Assembly (NCBI GenBank): GCA_902589185.1
Contig: CACIRZ010000004.1
Location: 2,554-66,553, forward strand
Source: an uncultured SAR116 cluster alpha proteobacterium
GTDB lineage: Bacteria; Pseudomonadota; Alphaproteobacteria; Puniceispirillales; Marisalimonadaceae
DNA: 64,000 nt
Direction: 5' to 3'
The position numbers and the translations under genes are program-made. How positions within the stretch are numbered: position 1 is the first letter of the stretch; each line of letters starts with the position of its first letter. Below, piece after piece: positions 47,772 through 58,191 of the stretch. The notes beneath the pieces are model-generated. The model saw only the letters and a list, made by a program, of their open reading frames with translations. It made no database searches and was not told where the DNA came from.

Positions 47772-49019
47772 TTAAGGTTGAATTAAAACAGCTCTAAAGT
47801 CATTTACATTTGTTAAGGTAGGTGAAGTAAAAATTAAATCATCTATTTTTTCAAAAAATTCATAGGAGTTATTAGCATTTAAATAACTAAGTGGATTTAT
47901 TTTTTTCATATACGCTTTTTTTAGAGTTTCCTCTGAGATATATGCTCCGGCATTATCCTCAACGCCATCTATCCCATCTGTATCAATTGCAAGACAATTT
48001 ATACCACTTGTATTTTTTAGGTTAATTGCCATTGAAAGCATAAATTCGGTATTTCTACCTCCTTTACCATTACCATTGACAGTCACTGTAGTTTCTCCAC
48101 CAGATAAAAGTAATATTGGTTTTTGTAAGATAATATCTTGATATTTTTTTTCTTTTTTAATTTTTATTGCTAACTCAGCCATTTTTTTACCTTCAATTTT
48201 AGATTCTCCCTCAAGTGTGTCTGAAATAATGACAGGAATGAAATTTTGTTTTATAGCGACTTCAGCTGCTTTTTTTAGAGCCATCATTGGGGTTGCAAGC
48301 ATGTATTCAGGAGATTTGTTCAATTTTGGTAATGTATTTTTTTTTATAATATCTCTTAATTTGTTATTAATAGAAATTTCATATTTTTCTAATATCTTAA
48401 TTGAATCTTCATTTAAACCATTTGCTTGTATTGTTGGACCTGAACCAATATAAGCAGGGTCGTCACCAGGAATATCAGATATCATATAAGTTGTAAGTTT
48501 TGCTGGAAAAATTGCTTGAGCAAGGCGGCCACCTTTGATTTGAGATAAAGATCGTCTTACAATGTTCATTTCATCTATAGGAGCTCCACAACGTAAAAGT
48601 TCCTTATTTATTCTTTGTTTTTCTTCAAAACTAACACCTTTTGCAGGCAGTGTTAGTAAAGATGATGCTCCGCCTGAAATAAGAAAAACTAAATGATCAT
48701 CTCTTGATGATTGTGTGGCTAATTCAAATATCTTTTTAGATGCTAATAGACCATTTTTATCTGGTTCGGGATGAGAGGCTTCTACAATTTTTATAAATTT
48801 AGTTTTAGTATAATGACCATACCTTGTTACGACTAAACCCTCTAGAGGACCATCATAAGTATTTTCGAATTCATGTGCCATACTTGCACCTGCTTTACCT
48901 GCACCTAATACAATTAGTTTACCTTTTGGCCTTTGAGGAAGATTTCTAAATTTACCTTCAGGTTTAGCTGCATCAAGTGCAGATTTCATAATCAATTTGA
49001 GTGATTTTTCAAAATTCAT
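47772..49019 (-). CDS. Glycerate 2-kinase (MOFRL/TtuD family)
   Basis: GAGKA, EASHPEPD, LISGGASSL, IKGGRLA, ISDIPGDD, GGETTV, GGRN, DTDGIDG, TNVNDF. Confidence 0.9.
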   Translation of the reverse strand: MNFEKSLKLIMKSALDAAKPEGKFRNLPQRPKGKLIVLGAGKAGASMAHEFENTYDGPLEGLVVTRYGHYTKTKFIKIVEASHPEPDKNGLLASKKIFELATQSSRDDHLVFLISGGASSLLTLPAKGVSFEEKQRINKELLRCGAPIDEMNIVRRSLSQIKGGRLAQAIFPAKLTTYMISDIPGDDPAYIGSGPTIQANGLNEDSIKILEKYEISINNKLRDIIKKNTLPKLNKSPEYMLATPMMALKKAAEVAIKQNFIPVIISDTLEGESKIEGKKMAELAIKIKKEKKYQDIILQKPILLLSGGETTVTVNGNGKGGRNTEFMLSMAINLKNTSGINCLAIDTDGIDGVEDNAGAYISEETLKKAYMKKINPLSYLNANNSYEFFEKIDDLIFTSPTLTNVNDFRAVLIQP

Positions 49020-49109
49020 AATAAATTTGCAATTTTAGTTAGTTTCTTAAAGAATGACTACATAAGTTTTTAAATTCAATCATTAAATAAATTAAAGTGC
49101 AGGAATGAA

Positions 49110-49898
49110 ATGGCTATTATAGAAAATAAATTAATTGGTAATACTTTGTTAATAACTATTAATAATCCTTCAAAACGAAATTCAATGATCATTGGTTTTC
49201 ACGATGAGTTAAAATCAACGATCAAAATGGGTGAAGAAAATAAGGATGTAAACTCAATCATCATCACTGGTGCAGGAGATTTCTTTTGTGCAGGTGGTGA
49301 CCTGAATGGTCTTAAAACAAGAAGATCAATGACAGAAGATGACAGATATAATGCACTAGGTCAGTTAAATGGAACAATTCAAGCGATATATGACTGCTCA
49401 AAACCAATTATTTCAGCTATTGAAGGTGGGGCTGCTGGTGCAGGTGTTTCATTGGCTATGGCTTGTGATTTAGTCGTGATGAGTGAACATACGTTTTTTT
49501 CCTTAGCTTATGTTAAAATTGGATTAACACCTGATGGCAATGCAACTAAATTTTTATCTGAAACTATGCCACGTCAAATGCTTTCTGAAATGGCAATGAT
49601 AGGAGGTAAAATAGATGCCTCTAGATTATATCAAATAGGGGCTATTAACGTTTTGTCTCAAAAAGGAAATGCAAAAGAAACTGCTTTGGAATTATCTAAA
49701 AATTTTGATAATCTTCCAAAAAATTCAATTTCTAGAATAAAGAAATTATCTAGATCTGCTTATGGCAATAATTTTTCAGAGCAACTTCAAATGGAAACCG
49801 ATTTCATGGTGAAATCTATGGGTGACAAAGAGAGCATAGAGGGTATTGATGCTTTCTTAGAAAAAAGAGAACCGGATTATAAAAAATTAAGAAAGTAG
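49110..49898 (+). CDS. Enoyl-CoA hydratase/isomerase family protein
   Basis: FCAGGDL, KPIISAIEGGAAGAG, GLTPDG, EGIDAFLEKR. Confidence 0.88.
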   Translation: MAIIENKLIGNTLLITINNPSKRNSMIIGFHDELKSTIKMGEENKDVNSIIITGAGDFFCAGGDLNGLKTRRSMTEDDRYNALGQLNGTIQAIYDCSKPIISAIEGGAAGAGVSLAMACDLVVMSEHTFFSLAYVKIGLTPDGNATKFLSETMPRQMLSEMAMIGGKIDASRLYQIGAINVLSQKGNAKETALELSKNFDNLPKNSISRIKKLSRSAYGNNFSEQLQMETDFMVKSMGDKESIEGIDAFLEKREPDYKKLRK

Positions 49899-49915
49899 AT
49901 TGTCTGGCATATTCA

Positions 49916-50623
49916 TTGCTTATGAAAAGCATGAAATTATCTAAATCTTCAATAATATTTACTATCTCTTTTCTTATATTAGTTAAGGAAGCTTTTGCAG
50001 ATAATATTGACAAATTAAAATTATGCGAAAATACAATCGAAAGCGTAGAGTTACAAACTGACATTCCAAAAGGACTTCTTCTTGGTATAGGGAAAGCTGA
50101 GGCTATTAGAAAAATCAATAATAAATATATTATCTGGCCTTGGACAATAAATCATGCTGGAAAAAGTTTGTTTTTTGATACGAAAAAACAAATGACAAAT
50201 TATGTTTTTAAAAATTTAAAAAGAAATGATTTTAATATTGATGTTGGTTGCATGCAGATTAATATCAAATGGCATAAAAACAATTTCAAGAAGATTTCTG
50301 ATATGTTTGAGGTTAATCCTAATATTTCATATGCAGCTTCATTTTTACAACAATTAAAAAATAAATATGGTTCATGGGATAAAGCAATTAAGCACTACCA
50401 CTCATCTGATCCAAAAAAAAATAAACCTTATCTAATTAAAGTAAAAAGTTTTTGGAAAAAAGTTGAAGAAAAGAAAATAATCAAAGCTAAAAATATTAAA
50501 TATGAAAGTTTAAAAAAAATAAATGAAACTTCACTCGCTAATATGATTAGAAAAAGGCAACCTTATTTGTTTGAGAGAATAGAGAAAGTTGAATTTTTTA
50601 GAAATATATTCTCACAAAATTAA
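49916..50623 (+). CDS. Lytic transglycosylase SLT-domain protein
   Basis: WPWTIN, IDVGCMQIN..WH, NISYAASFL, W..AI..YHS; signal peptide. Confidence 0.75.
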   Translation: MLMKSMKLSKSSIIFTISFLILVKEAFADNIDKLKLCENTIESVELQTDIPKGLLLGIGKAEAIRKINNKYIIWPWTINHAGKSLFFDTKKQMTNYVFKNLKRNDFNIDVGCMQINIKWHKNNFKKISDMFEVNPNISYAASFLQQLKNKYGSWDKAIKHYHSSDPKKNKPYLIKVKSFWKKVEEKKIIKAKNIKYESLKKINETSLANMIRKRQPYLFERIEKVEFFRNIFSQN

Positions 50624-50696
50624 ATTAATTAATTGATTAAAAATTAAATAACGTAAATAGTTAAACTGTTATTTATTTAATTTTTATTGTGAGGTT

Positions 50697-51374
50697 TTGA
50701 GCATGAATGTAAAGGAAGCTTTCATTTCAAGAAGATCAGTTAGAAGGTTTCTTCCAGACCCGATACCAAAAGACAAGATAAAAAATATTTTAGAGTGTTC
50801 TGCTTTTGCGCCAAGTGGACATAATATACAGCCTTGGCATGTATATGTTGTAGAAGGTGAAAAAAAGCAAGCAATTACAAATTCTATTTTAGAATCTATT
50901 GAAATTGGTTCTGCAAAAAATTTTAAACAAGAATTTGATTATTATCCAACTGAGTGGTTTGAACCATTTATTTCTAGAAGAAGAGCAGTTGGTTTTGAAC
51001 TTTATAAGCTTCTTAACATTAAAAGAGATGATTTTGAAGCTAGAGATAAACAAATGCAGGAAAATTTTCATTTTTTTGGTGCCCCCCTTGGGATGTTTAT
51101 TACTATGGATAGACGACTTGCAACAGGAACATTTATGGATGTTGGTATGTTTATTCAGAGTATATTAGTGAGTGCTAGGGGCGAAGGATTGCATACCTGT
51201 GGTCAAGTTGCTTTTACAAGATTTCATACTTTAATTGCAGACCATTTAGGATTCAAAGAAAACGAAATGTTAGTATGTGGTGTTTCAATTGGTTACGAGG
51301 ATACAGATGCTCCTGAGAATGCTTTAAGAGTTGAAAAATTAAATTATAATGATTTTACTACTTTTTTTTCCTAA
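50697..51374 (+). CDS. Nitroreductase family protein
   Basis: RRSVRRF, APSGHNIQPW, FFGAP, DVGMF, GLHTC. Confidence 0.88.
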   Translation: MSMNVKEAFISRRSVRRFLPDPIPKDKIKNILECSAFAPSGHNIQPWHVYVVEGEKKQAITNSILESIEIGSAKNFKQEFDYYPTEWFEPFISRRRAVGFELYKLLNIKRDDFEARDKQMQENFHFFGAPLGMFITMDRRLATGTFMDVGMFIQSILVSARGEGLHTCGQVAFTRFHTLIADHLGFKENEMLVCGVSIGYEDTDAPENALRVEKLNYNDFTTFFS

Positions 51375-51404
51375 ATTAATTTAACTTATATCAGACTAGT
51401 AAAT

Positions 51405-52631
51405 ATGAAATTATTAAATCTTGATAGTTCTAAAACTTACTCAATACCAGATTTATATCTGAATATAGGGCATTTACTTGATCATTTTATGATGCTTATT
51501 TTTGCCAAGGCAGCATTTGATGCGGGTAGAGAATTTGGGTTATCTTATGAAGAAATTATTATTTATGGAACTTTAGGTGTGGTTTTATTTGGAGCTGCAG
51601 CACCCTTAGCGGGTTGGTTAGCTGACAAATTTTCAAGAGCTATATTAATTACAATTTATCCTTTTGGTTTGGCTCTAGGTGCATTACTAACTGCTTTTTC
51701 AAATTCTGTAGAGATGTTAGGAATATCATTAGGCATTCTGGGTTTTTTTGCAGCAATTTACCATCCAGTTGGTATTGCAATGATTACAAAAAGACCAGGT
51801 AGAGTAGGTTTGAGGCTAGGTATAAATGGTGTTTGGGGTAATATGGGGGTAGCTTTAGCACCAGTCCTAACAGGATTTCTTATAGCTTATGCTGATTGGA
51901 GACTAGCTTTCATGCTACCTGCAATTTTTTGTATTATATTTGGAATTACTCAATTAATTTCTTTTATAGAGTTAGAAGAAAATTATTCAAATTTAAAGTC
52001 AGAAATTCAAAATGAAAAAAATCAAGTTGTAAAGGATGGATGGCAAACAGTTCTTATTTGCTTAAGTATTGTTACACTATCTGGAGGATTTATCTTTGGT
52101 TCAATGACATTTCTAATACCAAGATTATTTGAAATCAATTTATCAGAAATTTCAAATGATATTGCAATAACGGGAATATTAGCGGGATTAGTTTACGCTT
52201 TTGCTTCATTTGCTCAAATTGGAACTGGTTGGTTGGCTGATAAAATTCCTCCAAAATATGTTTTATCAGCTATGGGTGTTGGTCAACTAATTTTCATCTA
52301 CTTAGCAAGTTTTACATTAGATTACAGTCTATTATTCATTATGTTAGCAGGAATGTTGTTTGTCTTTGGGCAAGTTCCCATAACAGATATTATTTTGGTA
52401 AAATATGTTCAAGATAGTTGGAGAGGTCGAGTGCTTTCAATCAAGTTTATGGTTAACTTATGTGCTGGTGCTGCAGTTTTGCCTGCAATATCTATTTTGT
52501 TAAAAAATGGATTTGATTTTTCTCACGTTCTAAAATCATTGGCTATTATATCAATAGCTATAATTGTTTCTGGAATGTTTTTGCCTAATAAATCATCAAA
52601 TTTTATTATGGCTAAACAAAAATCTTTATAA
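51405..52631 (+). CDS. MFS transporter
   Basis: About 12 hydrophobic segments; GWLADK motif twice; AIYHPVG, GVWGNMG. Confidence 0.88.
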   Translation: MKLLNLDSSKTYSIPDLYLNIGHLLDHFMMLIFAKAAFDAGREFGLSYEEIIIYGTLGVVLFGAAAPLAGWLADKFSRAILITIYPFGLALGALLTAFSNSVEMLGISLGILGFFAAIYHPVGIAMITKRPGRVGLRLGINGVWGNMGVALAPVLTGFLIAYADWRLAFMLPAIFCIIFGITQLISFIELEENYSNLKSEIQNEKNQVVKDGWQTVLICLSIVTLSGGFIFGSMTFLIPRLFEINLSEISNDIAITGILAGLVYAFASFAQIGTGWLADKIPPKYVLSAMGVGQLIFIYLASFTLDYSLLFIMLAGMLFVFGQVPITDIILVKYVQDSWRGRVLSIKFMVNLCAGAAVLPAISILLKNGFDFSHVLKSLAIISIAIIVSGMFLPNKSSNFIMAKQKSL

Positions 52632-52658
52632 AAATTTAATAATCCCTAACTTGTTGCC

Positions 52659-53483
52659 ATGAAAAATTGTCAAATATTTATTTTTACAGACCTTGATGGT
52701 TCATTATTAAATCATAATAATTTTGAGTTTAAGGAGATAAAAGATTTTATATTAGATTGTATTAAAAATGGTATTAAGATTATACCAAACACTAGTAAGA
52801 CAAATTCAGAAATTCAGGTGTTTCTTGACCAATTAGGACAAAATCTTCCTTTTATTGTTGAAAATGGTGCAGCAATACATAATCTCGACTTAGTTCATCC
52901 AAAAATCAAAGTTAAAAATAACTCTCTTGTTTTCAGTAGATCATTACCTGAAATTTTAGAGTTATTTGAAAAAAACATTCCTAAAAATTTCCAAAAAAGG
53001 TGTTTTTTTTTAAAAGATATGAGCTCAATCGAACAAATGAAAATTCTTGGTCTTAATAAAAAATATTTGCCGTTTGCTCTTAATAGAGAATATTCAATAC
53101 CATTAGTTTTTGAAGGCTCTAAGGAGATAGTTAATGAATTCACTAGTCTTTTAAAAGAAATTGGCATGAAACTGCATGAAGGTGGAAGAATTTATAATAT
53201 ATGTGACGATTGTTCAAAAGGTAAAGCTATGATTACATTGATTGAAAAGTTAAAAAATGAATTTGATTTCAACTATCATACAATAGTTGTAGGGGATAGT
53301 CCTAATGATATTTCAATGTTAAATGTTTCTGATCAGCCTTGTATAATTCCTTTACCAAATAAAAAGAATTTACGTCATTTAAAAGATAAAAAAATAATTA
53401 GAGCAACTCAAACAGCACCACAAGGATGGGAAGAAGTGGTAAGAGCATCGCTTAAAAAAATTAATTTTGAATTAGAAGGATAG
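52659..53483 (+). CDS. gpgP: HAD-IIB glucosyl/mannosyl-3-phosphoglycerate phosphatase
   Basis: FTDLDGSLL, TSKT, IVENG, REYS, KGKA, GDSPNDISML, APQGW. Confidence 0.8.
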   Translation: MKNCQIFIFTDLDGSLLNHNNFEFKEIKDFILDCIKNGIKIIPNTSKTNSEIQVFLDQLGQNLPFIVENGAAIHNLDLVHPKIKVKNNSLVFSRSLPEILELFEKNIPKNFQKRCFFLKDMSSIEQMKILGLNKKYLPFALNREYSIPLVFEGSKEIVNEFTSLLKEIGMKLHEGGRIYNICDDCSKGKAMITLIEKLKNEFDFNYHTIVVGDSPNDISMLNVSDQPCIIPLPNKKNLRHLKDKKIIRATQTAPQGWEEVVRASLKKINFELEG

Positions 53484-53487
53484 TGAT

Positions 53488-54723
53488 ATGGGTAGTTTTT
53501 ATCAAAATGGCATAGTTGCAAATTTACATGATTTTTCATATGGAACGTCTTCGGAAGCGAATTATAAAAAGTTAGAAAATGATTTAATTAAATTTTCTAA
53601 GAACAATCCAATGGAATTAATTCTACCATGTTTATTTTCTGAAATTAGCGGAAAGGCATTGCCAAAGATTATTAATGAAATTAATAAAACCAAATTTTTA
53701 AACCATATAGTGATAGGTTTAGATAGAGCAAACAAAAATCAATACACAGAAGCTTCTAACTTTTTTAAGAATTTAGAAATACCTCATTCCATTCTTTGGA
53801 ATGATGGACCAAGATTAATTGAACTTGACAAAGAATTAAAAGATAAAGGTTTGTCACCCAAAGAATTTGGAAAAGGTAGAAATGTTTGGTTCTGCATAGG
53901 TATGACCCTAGCTAGGGGCAAGGCAGAATCTATTGCTTTACATGACTGTGACATCTTAACATACGAAAAATCTTTATTAGCAAAATTATTTTACCCTGTG
54001 GCTAATCCAGTATTTAATTTTCAGTTTTGTAAGGGATATTATCCTAGAGTTGCAGATGGGAAAATGAATGGAAGAGTTTCTCGTTTACTTGTTTTTCCTT
54101 TATTACTTGCAATGGAAAAAACAATTGGTCGAAGTGAATATTTAGATTTTATGAAATCATTCCGATATCCTTTAGCCGGAGAATTTTCTTTTCGAAAAAA
54201 CTTGTTGCCAAGACTAAGAATACCTTCTGATTGGGGGTTAGAGATTGGAGTTTTGTCTGAAATGCAACGAAACCACGCAAGTAACAGAATCTGCCAAGTT
54301 GATTTAGCTCAGAAATATGACCATAAACATCAAGATTTGTCAGAGAATGACGATAATTCTGGATTATCAAGAATGTCTATTGATATAACAAAGGCATTAA
54401 TAAGAAAACTTGCAACTCAGGGAAATATTTTCACCTTAGAGACATTTAGAAGTATTAAAGCTACATATTACAGGGCTGCACTTGATATGATAGATATATA
54501 TAGAAGTGATGCACAAATGAATGATTTAAATTTTGACTCTCATATTGAAGAAAAAACTGTAGAATTATTTGCATTAAATATAATGAAAGCTGGGGAATCT
54601 TTTTTTGAAAATCCAATGGAGACGCCTTTTATTCCAACGTGGAATAGAGTCTTGAGTGCAATCCCAGATTTTTTAGATAGATTGAAATTAAGTGTTGAAT
54701 TAGATAATGCAGAAGTCAAATAA
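53488..54723 (+). CDS. gpgS: Glucosyl-3-phosphoglycerate synthase (long marine/cyanobacterial type)
   Basis: FYQNG, LILPCLFSE, GKGRNVW, LHDCDI, FCKGYY, GRVSRL, YPLAGEF, DWGLEIG, YDHKHQ. Confidence 0.8.
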   Translation: MGSFYQNGIVANLHDFSYGTSSEANYKKLENDLIKFSKNNPMELILPCLFSEISGKALPKIINEINKTKFLNHIVIGLDRANKNQYTEASNFFKNLEIPHSILWNDGPRLIELDKELKDKGLSPKEFGKGRNVWFCIGMTLARGKAESIALHDCDILTYEKSLLAKLFYPVANPVFNFQFCKGYYPRVADGKMNGRVSRLLVFPLLLAMEKTIGRSEYLDFMKSFRYPLAGEFSFRKNLLPRLRIPSDWGLEIGVLSEMQRNHASNRICQVDLAQKYDHKHQDLSENDDNSGLSRMSIDITKALIRKLATQGNIFTLETFRSIKATYYRAALDMIDIYRSDAQMNDLNFDSHIEEKTVELFALNIMKAGESFFENPMETPFIPTWNRVLSAIPDFLDRLKLSVELDNAEVK

Positions 54724-56476
54724 TAAGTTTAAAGAAAATATTAATTTAGATATTTTGAAAAGATTAAACTATATTTACGATACGATAATTTCTAAAGAGA
54801 AAACTTTAGAGTACTCAAAAAAAATCAATAGACTAATTAATAATTACAAAAAATTGGAAGTTAAAACTGAAACAAAAGACCCTTGGTCTGAAAGCACAAT
54901 ATTACTAATCACATATGCAGATAGTATCAGTAAAGGTATATCAGGCAAAAGCCTTAACAACTTTGGAAAATTCTACAAAAAATATCTTAAAAAATTTATA
55001 AATTGTATTCATTTTCTTCCTTTTTTCCCGTCAAGTGGAGATGGCGGTTTCTCTGTCAAAAATCATTTTGAAGTAGATGAAACTTATGGTACTTGGGATG
55101 ATATCAAAGAGTTGTCAAAAAATGCTAACATAATGACTGATTTAGTTTTAAATCACGCATCTTCTGAAGGTCAATGGTATAAAAATTTTTTAAAAGAGAA
55201 AAGACCGGGCAAAAATTATTTTTATATTGTAGATAAAGATTATGACTGTAGTAAGGTTGTAAGACCTCGTGACCATAATCTTCTTTCAGAGATAAAATTT
55301 TTAAATGAAAAAAAATTTTTATGGTGTACTTTTAGTCATGATCAAATTGATTTGAATTTTAAAAATCCTGAAGTTTTATTAGAATTTATTAATCTAATAC
55401 TCACATTTGCATCGTATGGAATCAAAATTTTTCGATTAGACGCAGTTGCATTTATTTGGAAAAAGTCTGGAACGACTTGTCTAAATCTGGCGCAAACTCA
55501 CGAAATTATTAAATTATTAAGAGATATTGTAGATCAACTAGAGAAGGATATAATAATTGTTACTGAGACCAATTTACCAAAACAAGAAAATTTGAGTTAT
55601 TTTGGCAAGAATGATGAGGCTCATTGGGTATATAACTTTCCATTACCACCTTTAATTATAAATACTTTTCTATTTGAGGATTCAAGCGCCCTTACAAAAT
55701 GGAGCATGAAAATGCCACCCGCTCAGATAGGAAACGCCTATCTCAACTTTATTTCATCACATGATGGCATTGGAATGAGACCTGCTGAAGGTGTATTAAC
55801 TGATAAAGAAATTAAAAAAATGCTTCAGAGACTAAAGAAAAATGGAAGCCAGTTTTCAATGAGAAAATTATCTAATGGTGAAGAAAAAGTGTATGAGGCC
55901 AATATTTCATTATTTGACGCTCTGAAATTTACCGAAAGTGATGAAAAAGGAAAATTTGACTTAAAAAGATTTATTGCTGCTCATTGTATAATTTTAGCAA
56001 TTGAGGGAGTTCCAGCTTTTTATTTTAATTCATTGTTTGCAACAAAAAATGATGAGAAAGCTTTTGCTAGTTCGGGAATTAAAAGAAACCTGAATAGATA
56101 TAAATGGGGCTATTCATCTTTAATTAGTTTATTAAATGACAAAGATAGCATTGAGTATAACAGTTATGTTGCATTTAAAAATTTAATTTCTATCAGAAAA
56201 GTACAGCCGGCTTTTCATCCAAACGCAACTCAATTTACTCTTAATTTAGATAAAAATATTTTTTCTGTTTGGAGACAGAGTAGAGACAGAAAGCAGAGCA
56301 TTTTTGCTTTAACAAATGTGTCTTCAAAAACTGTAAAATTAAATAGTAACCAGATTAATTTAATTGATGATGAACAATGGTTTGATTTATTGTGCCCAAA
56401 TGAAAAAATAACAGACGGGCAATTTATAAAACTTAATCCTTATCAAACTGTATGGATAACAAATTTTAAAGTATAA
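54707..56476 (+). CDS. GH13_18 sugar phosphorylase, likely glucosylglycerate phosphorylase
   Basis: LITYADS, IHFLPFFP, DLVLNH, WCTFSHDQIDLN, RLDAV nucleophile, TETN acid/base, SHDGIG, VYEAN loop. Confidence 0.8.
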   Translation: MQKSNNKFKENINLDILKRLNYIYDTIISKEKTLEYSKKINRLINNYKKLEVKTETKDPWSESTILLITYADSISKGISGKSLNNFGKFYKKYLKKFINCIHFLPFFPSSGDGGFSVKNHFEVDETYGTWDDIKELSKNANIMTDLVLNHASSEGQWYKNFLKEKRPGKNYFYIVDKDYDCSKVVRPRDHNLLSEIKFLNEKKFLWCTFSHDQIDLNFKNPEVLLEFINLILTFASYGIKIFRLDAVAFIWKKSGTTCLNLAQTHEIIKLLRDIVDQLEKDIIIVTETNLPKQENLSYFGKNDEAHWVYNFPLPPLIINTFLFEDSSALTKWSMKMPPAQIGNAYLNFISSHDGIGMRPAEGVLTDKEIKKMLQRLKKNGSQFSMRKLSNGEEKVYEANISLFDALKFTESDEKGKFDLKRFIAAHCIILAIEGVPAFYFNSLFATKNDEKAFASSGIKRNLNRYKWGYSSLISLLNDKDSIEYNSYVAFKNLISIRKVQPAFHPNATQFTLNLDKNIFSVWRQSRDRKQSIFALTNVSSKTVKLNSNQINLIDDEQWFDLLCPNEKITDGQFIKLNPYQTVWITNFKV

Positions 56477-56485
56477 AAATAAATT

Positions 56486-57106
56486 TTAATTTAAGGATAA
56501 TCCACCGTGTTCATTGAGAAAAGATGTTATTGAGTCTACTCCAGTATTATTTCTCATCTGACCAAAAACATAAGGTAATTTATTCCTAGCTATTTCAACA
56601 TCATTTTTCATTTTATCAAGGTCAACGCCAACATGTGGTGCAAGATCTGTTTTGTTTACAAGCAAAAAATCAGATTTTGTAATAGCAGGCCCTCCTTTTC
56701 TAGGAATATCACCGCCCATTCCTACATCAATTACATAAATAGATAAATCTACCAATTCAGGGCTAAAAGTAGCGGCTAAGTTATCACCTCCTGATTCAAT
56801 TAATATTAATTCTAAGTCAGGAAACTTTTCTTTTAATTCATCGACCGCTAACAAATTAATTGAAGCATCTTCTCTAATAGCGGTATGTGGACATCCACCT
56901 GTTTCAACTCCTTTTATTCTTTCCAAAGGAAGTGCCTGCGCTTTCATAAGATATTCTGCATCCTCAATTGTATAAATATCATTAGAAATAACTGCCATTG
57001 AGACTTTTTTAGAAAGTTTTTTGCATAAAGCCTCAGTTAAACTAGTTTTCCCTGCACCTACAGGGCCTCCAATTCCTACTCTAAGTGGTCCAAAGTTATT
57101 AATCAT
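56486..57106 (-). CDS. ureG: Urease accessory GTPase UreG
   Basis: [36 protein letters not shown]. Confidence 0.96.
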   Translation of the reverse strand: MINNFGPLRVGIGGPVGAGKTSLTEALCKKLSKKVSMAVISNDIYTIEDAEYLMKAQALPLERIKGVETGGCPHTAIREDASINLLAVDELKEKFPDLELILIESGGDNLAATFSPELVDLSIYVIDVGMGGDIPRKGGPAITKSDFLLVNKTDLAPHVGVDLDKMKNDVEIARNKLPYVFGQMRNNTGVDSITSFLNEHGGLSLN

Positions 57107-57759
57107 GTTTGATATATCCTATTAATTAATGTTTCATGATACATGCTACTTAAGTCAGACAAAAAAGCAGAACTTCCTAAATTATTGATTTGTGCAATTT
57201 TATTTATGTTTGCTTGTTTTTCAATAACTGGCAATAAGTTAATTAGAATTTTCTGTCCCTCGCTCTGACCTAATGGGATATGTTTAATTCCAACGTTAAT
57301 AAGATTTGATGTAAAGCTCTGTAGAAAAGCAATTAATAATTTTTCTAGTGGTATTTTAAAATATGAACCAGCTTTTCCAATAGCTGTAGGATAAGCTAAA
57401 TTTGTATCAATTTTATAACCCCAATTTTCTTTAATGTTTTTACAAAAAGCTTTCCCAAGACTTGAAGATTCAACCCATCTTTCTTTAGAAGGGCAAAGAG
57501 CAAATGCAAGTTCATTTACTTCTTCACCATTATAAGCGTTGACGAGTAAAATACTGTCAGTTTTCCCAGAACCATTTACAATTAAATGTTTTATCCATTC
57601 TTCCAAACTAATTTTATCATATACAAATTCATATTCAATTGCAGCTTCCAAACCATGAGAAAAGTTAAAGCTACCAATAGGAAAGCTTGGTGAAAACCAA
57701 GAAAGTAGTAACTGATGATAATCAAAAGTTAATTGTTTTTGTTTAATGTTTGTGTCCAT
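57103..57759 (-). CDS. ureF: Urease accessory protein UreF
   Basis: [28 protein letters not shown]-terminal HE...RIY. Confidence 0.92.
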   Translation of the reverse strand: MDTNIKQKQLTFDYHQLLLSWFSPSFPIGSFNFSHGLEAAIEYEFVYDKISLEEWIKHLIVNGSGKTDSILLVNAYNGEEVNELAFALCPSKERWVESSSLGKAFCKNIKENWGYKIDTNLAYPTAIGKAGSYFKIPLEKLLIAFLQSFTSNLINVGIKHIPLGQSEGQKILINLLPVIEKQANINKIAQINNLGSSAFLSDLSSMYHETLINRIYQT

Positions 57760-58183
57760 GAGTTCTACCTAAACCATATGCACCACCTTCTGGGTTAAAT
57801 TCTTCTTTTACTTTTTTTACAGATCCACCCAGTTTTATGATTAAGTTTTCAATAACTTTATCAACTTGTATTAAAAGTCTTTCATTTTCAATCTGGCAAG
57901 GGATATGTCTATTACCAATATGCCAAGTTATTTTCATAAGATTATTACTTGTAATTTCTAATAGCTCTTCCTCAGCAGATTTAATTAAAATGATTGATCC
58001 ATTATCAAGTAAAAATCCGTCATTTTTTTTTAAAGACACAGTCTCTGATAAATTTACTAAAAACCCAAAATTATTGTCAGAGACAAGCTTTTTTCTTCTA
58101 ATAAATCTTTGATCATAAGTTAAGGTTATAGTATCTTCTATTTTCTTATTTTCTGTATTAACTAAAATTTTCTCTGAAATCAT
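57743..58183 (-). CDS. ureE: Urease accessory protein UreE
   Basis: R.IRRK, WHIGNRHIP, FNPEGGAYG, short His tail. Confidence 0.92.
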   Translation of the reverse strand: MISEKILVNTENKKIEDTITLTYDQRFIRRKKLVSDNNFGFLVNLSETVSLKKNDGFLLDNGSIILIKSAEEELLEITSNNLMKITWHIGNRHIPCQIENERLLIQVDKVIENLIIKLGGSVKKVKEEFNPEGGAYGLGRTHGHKH

Positions 58184-58191
58184 TATTTTCT

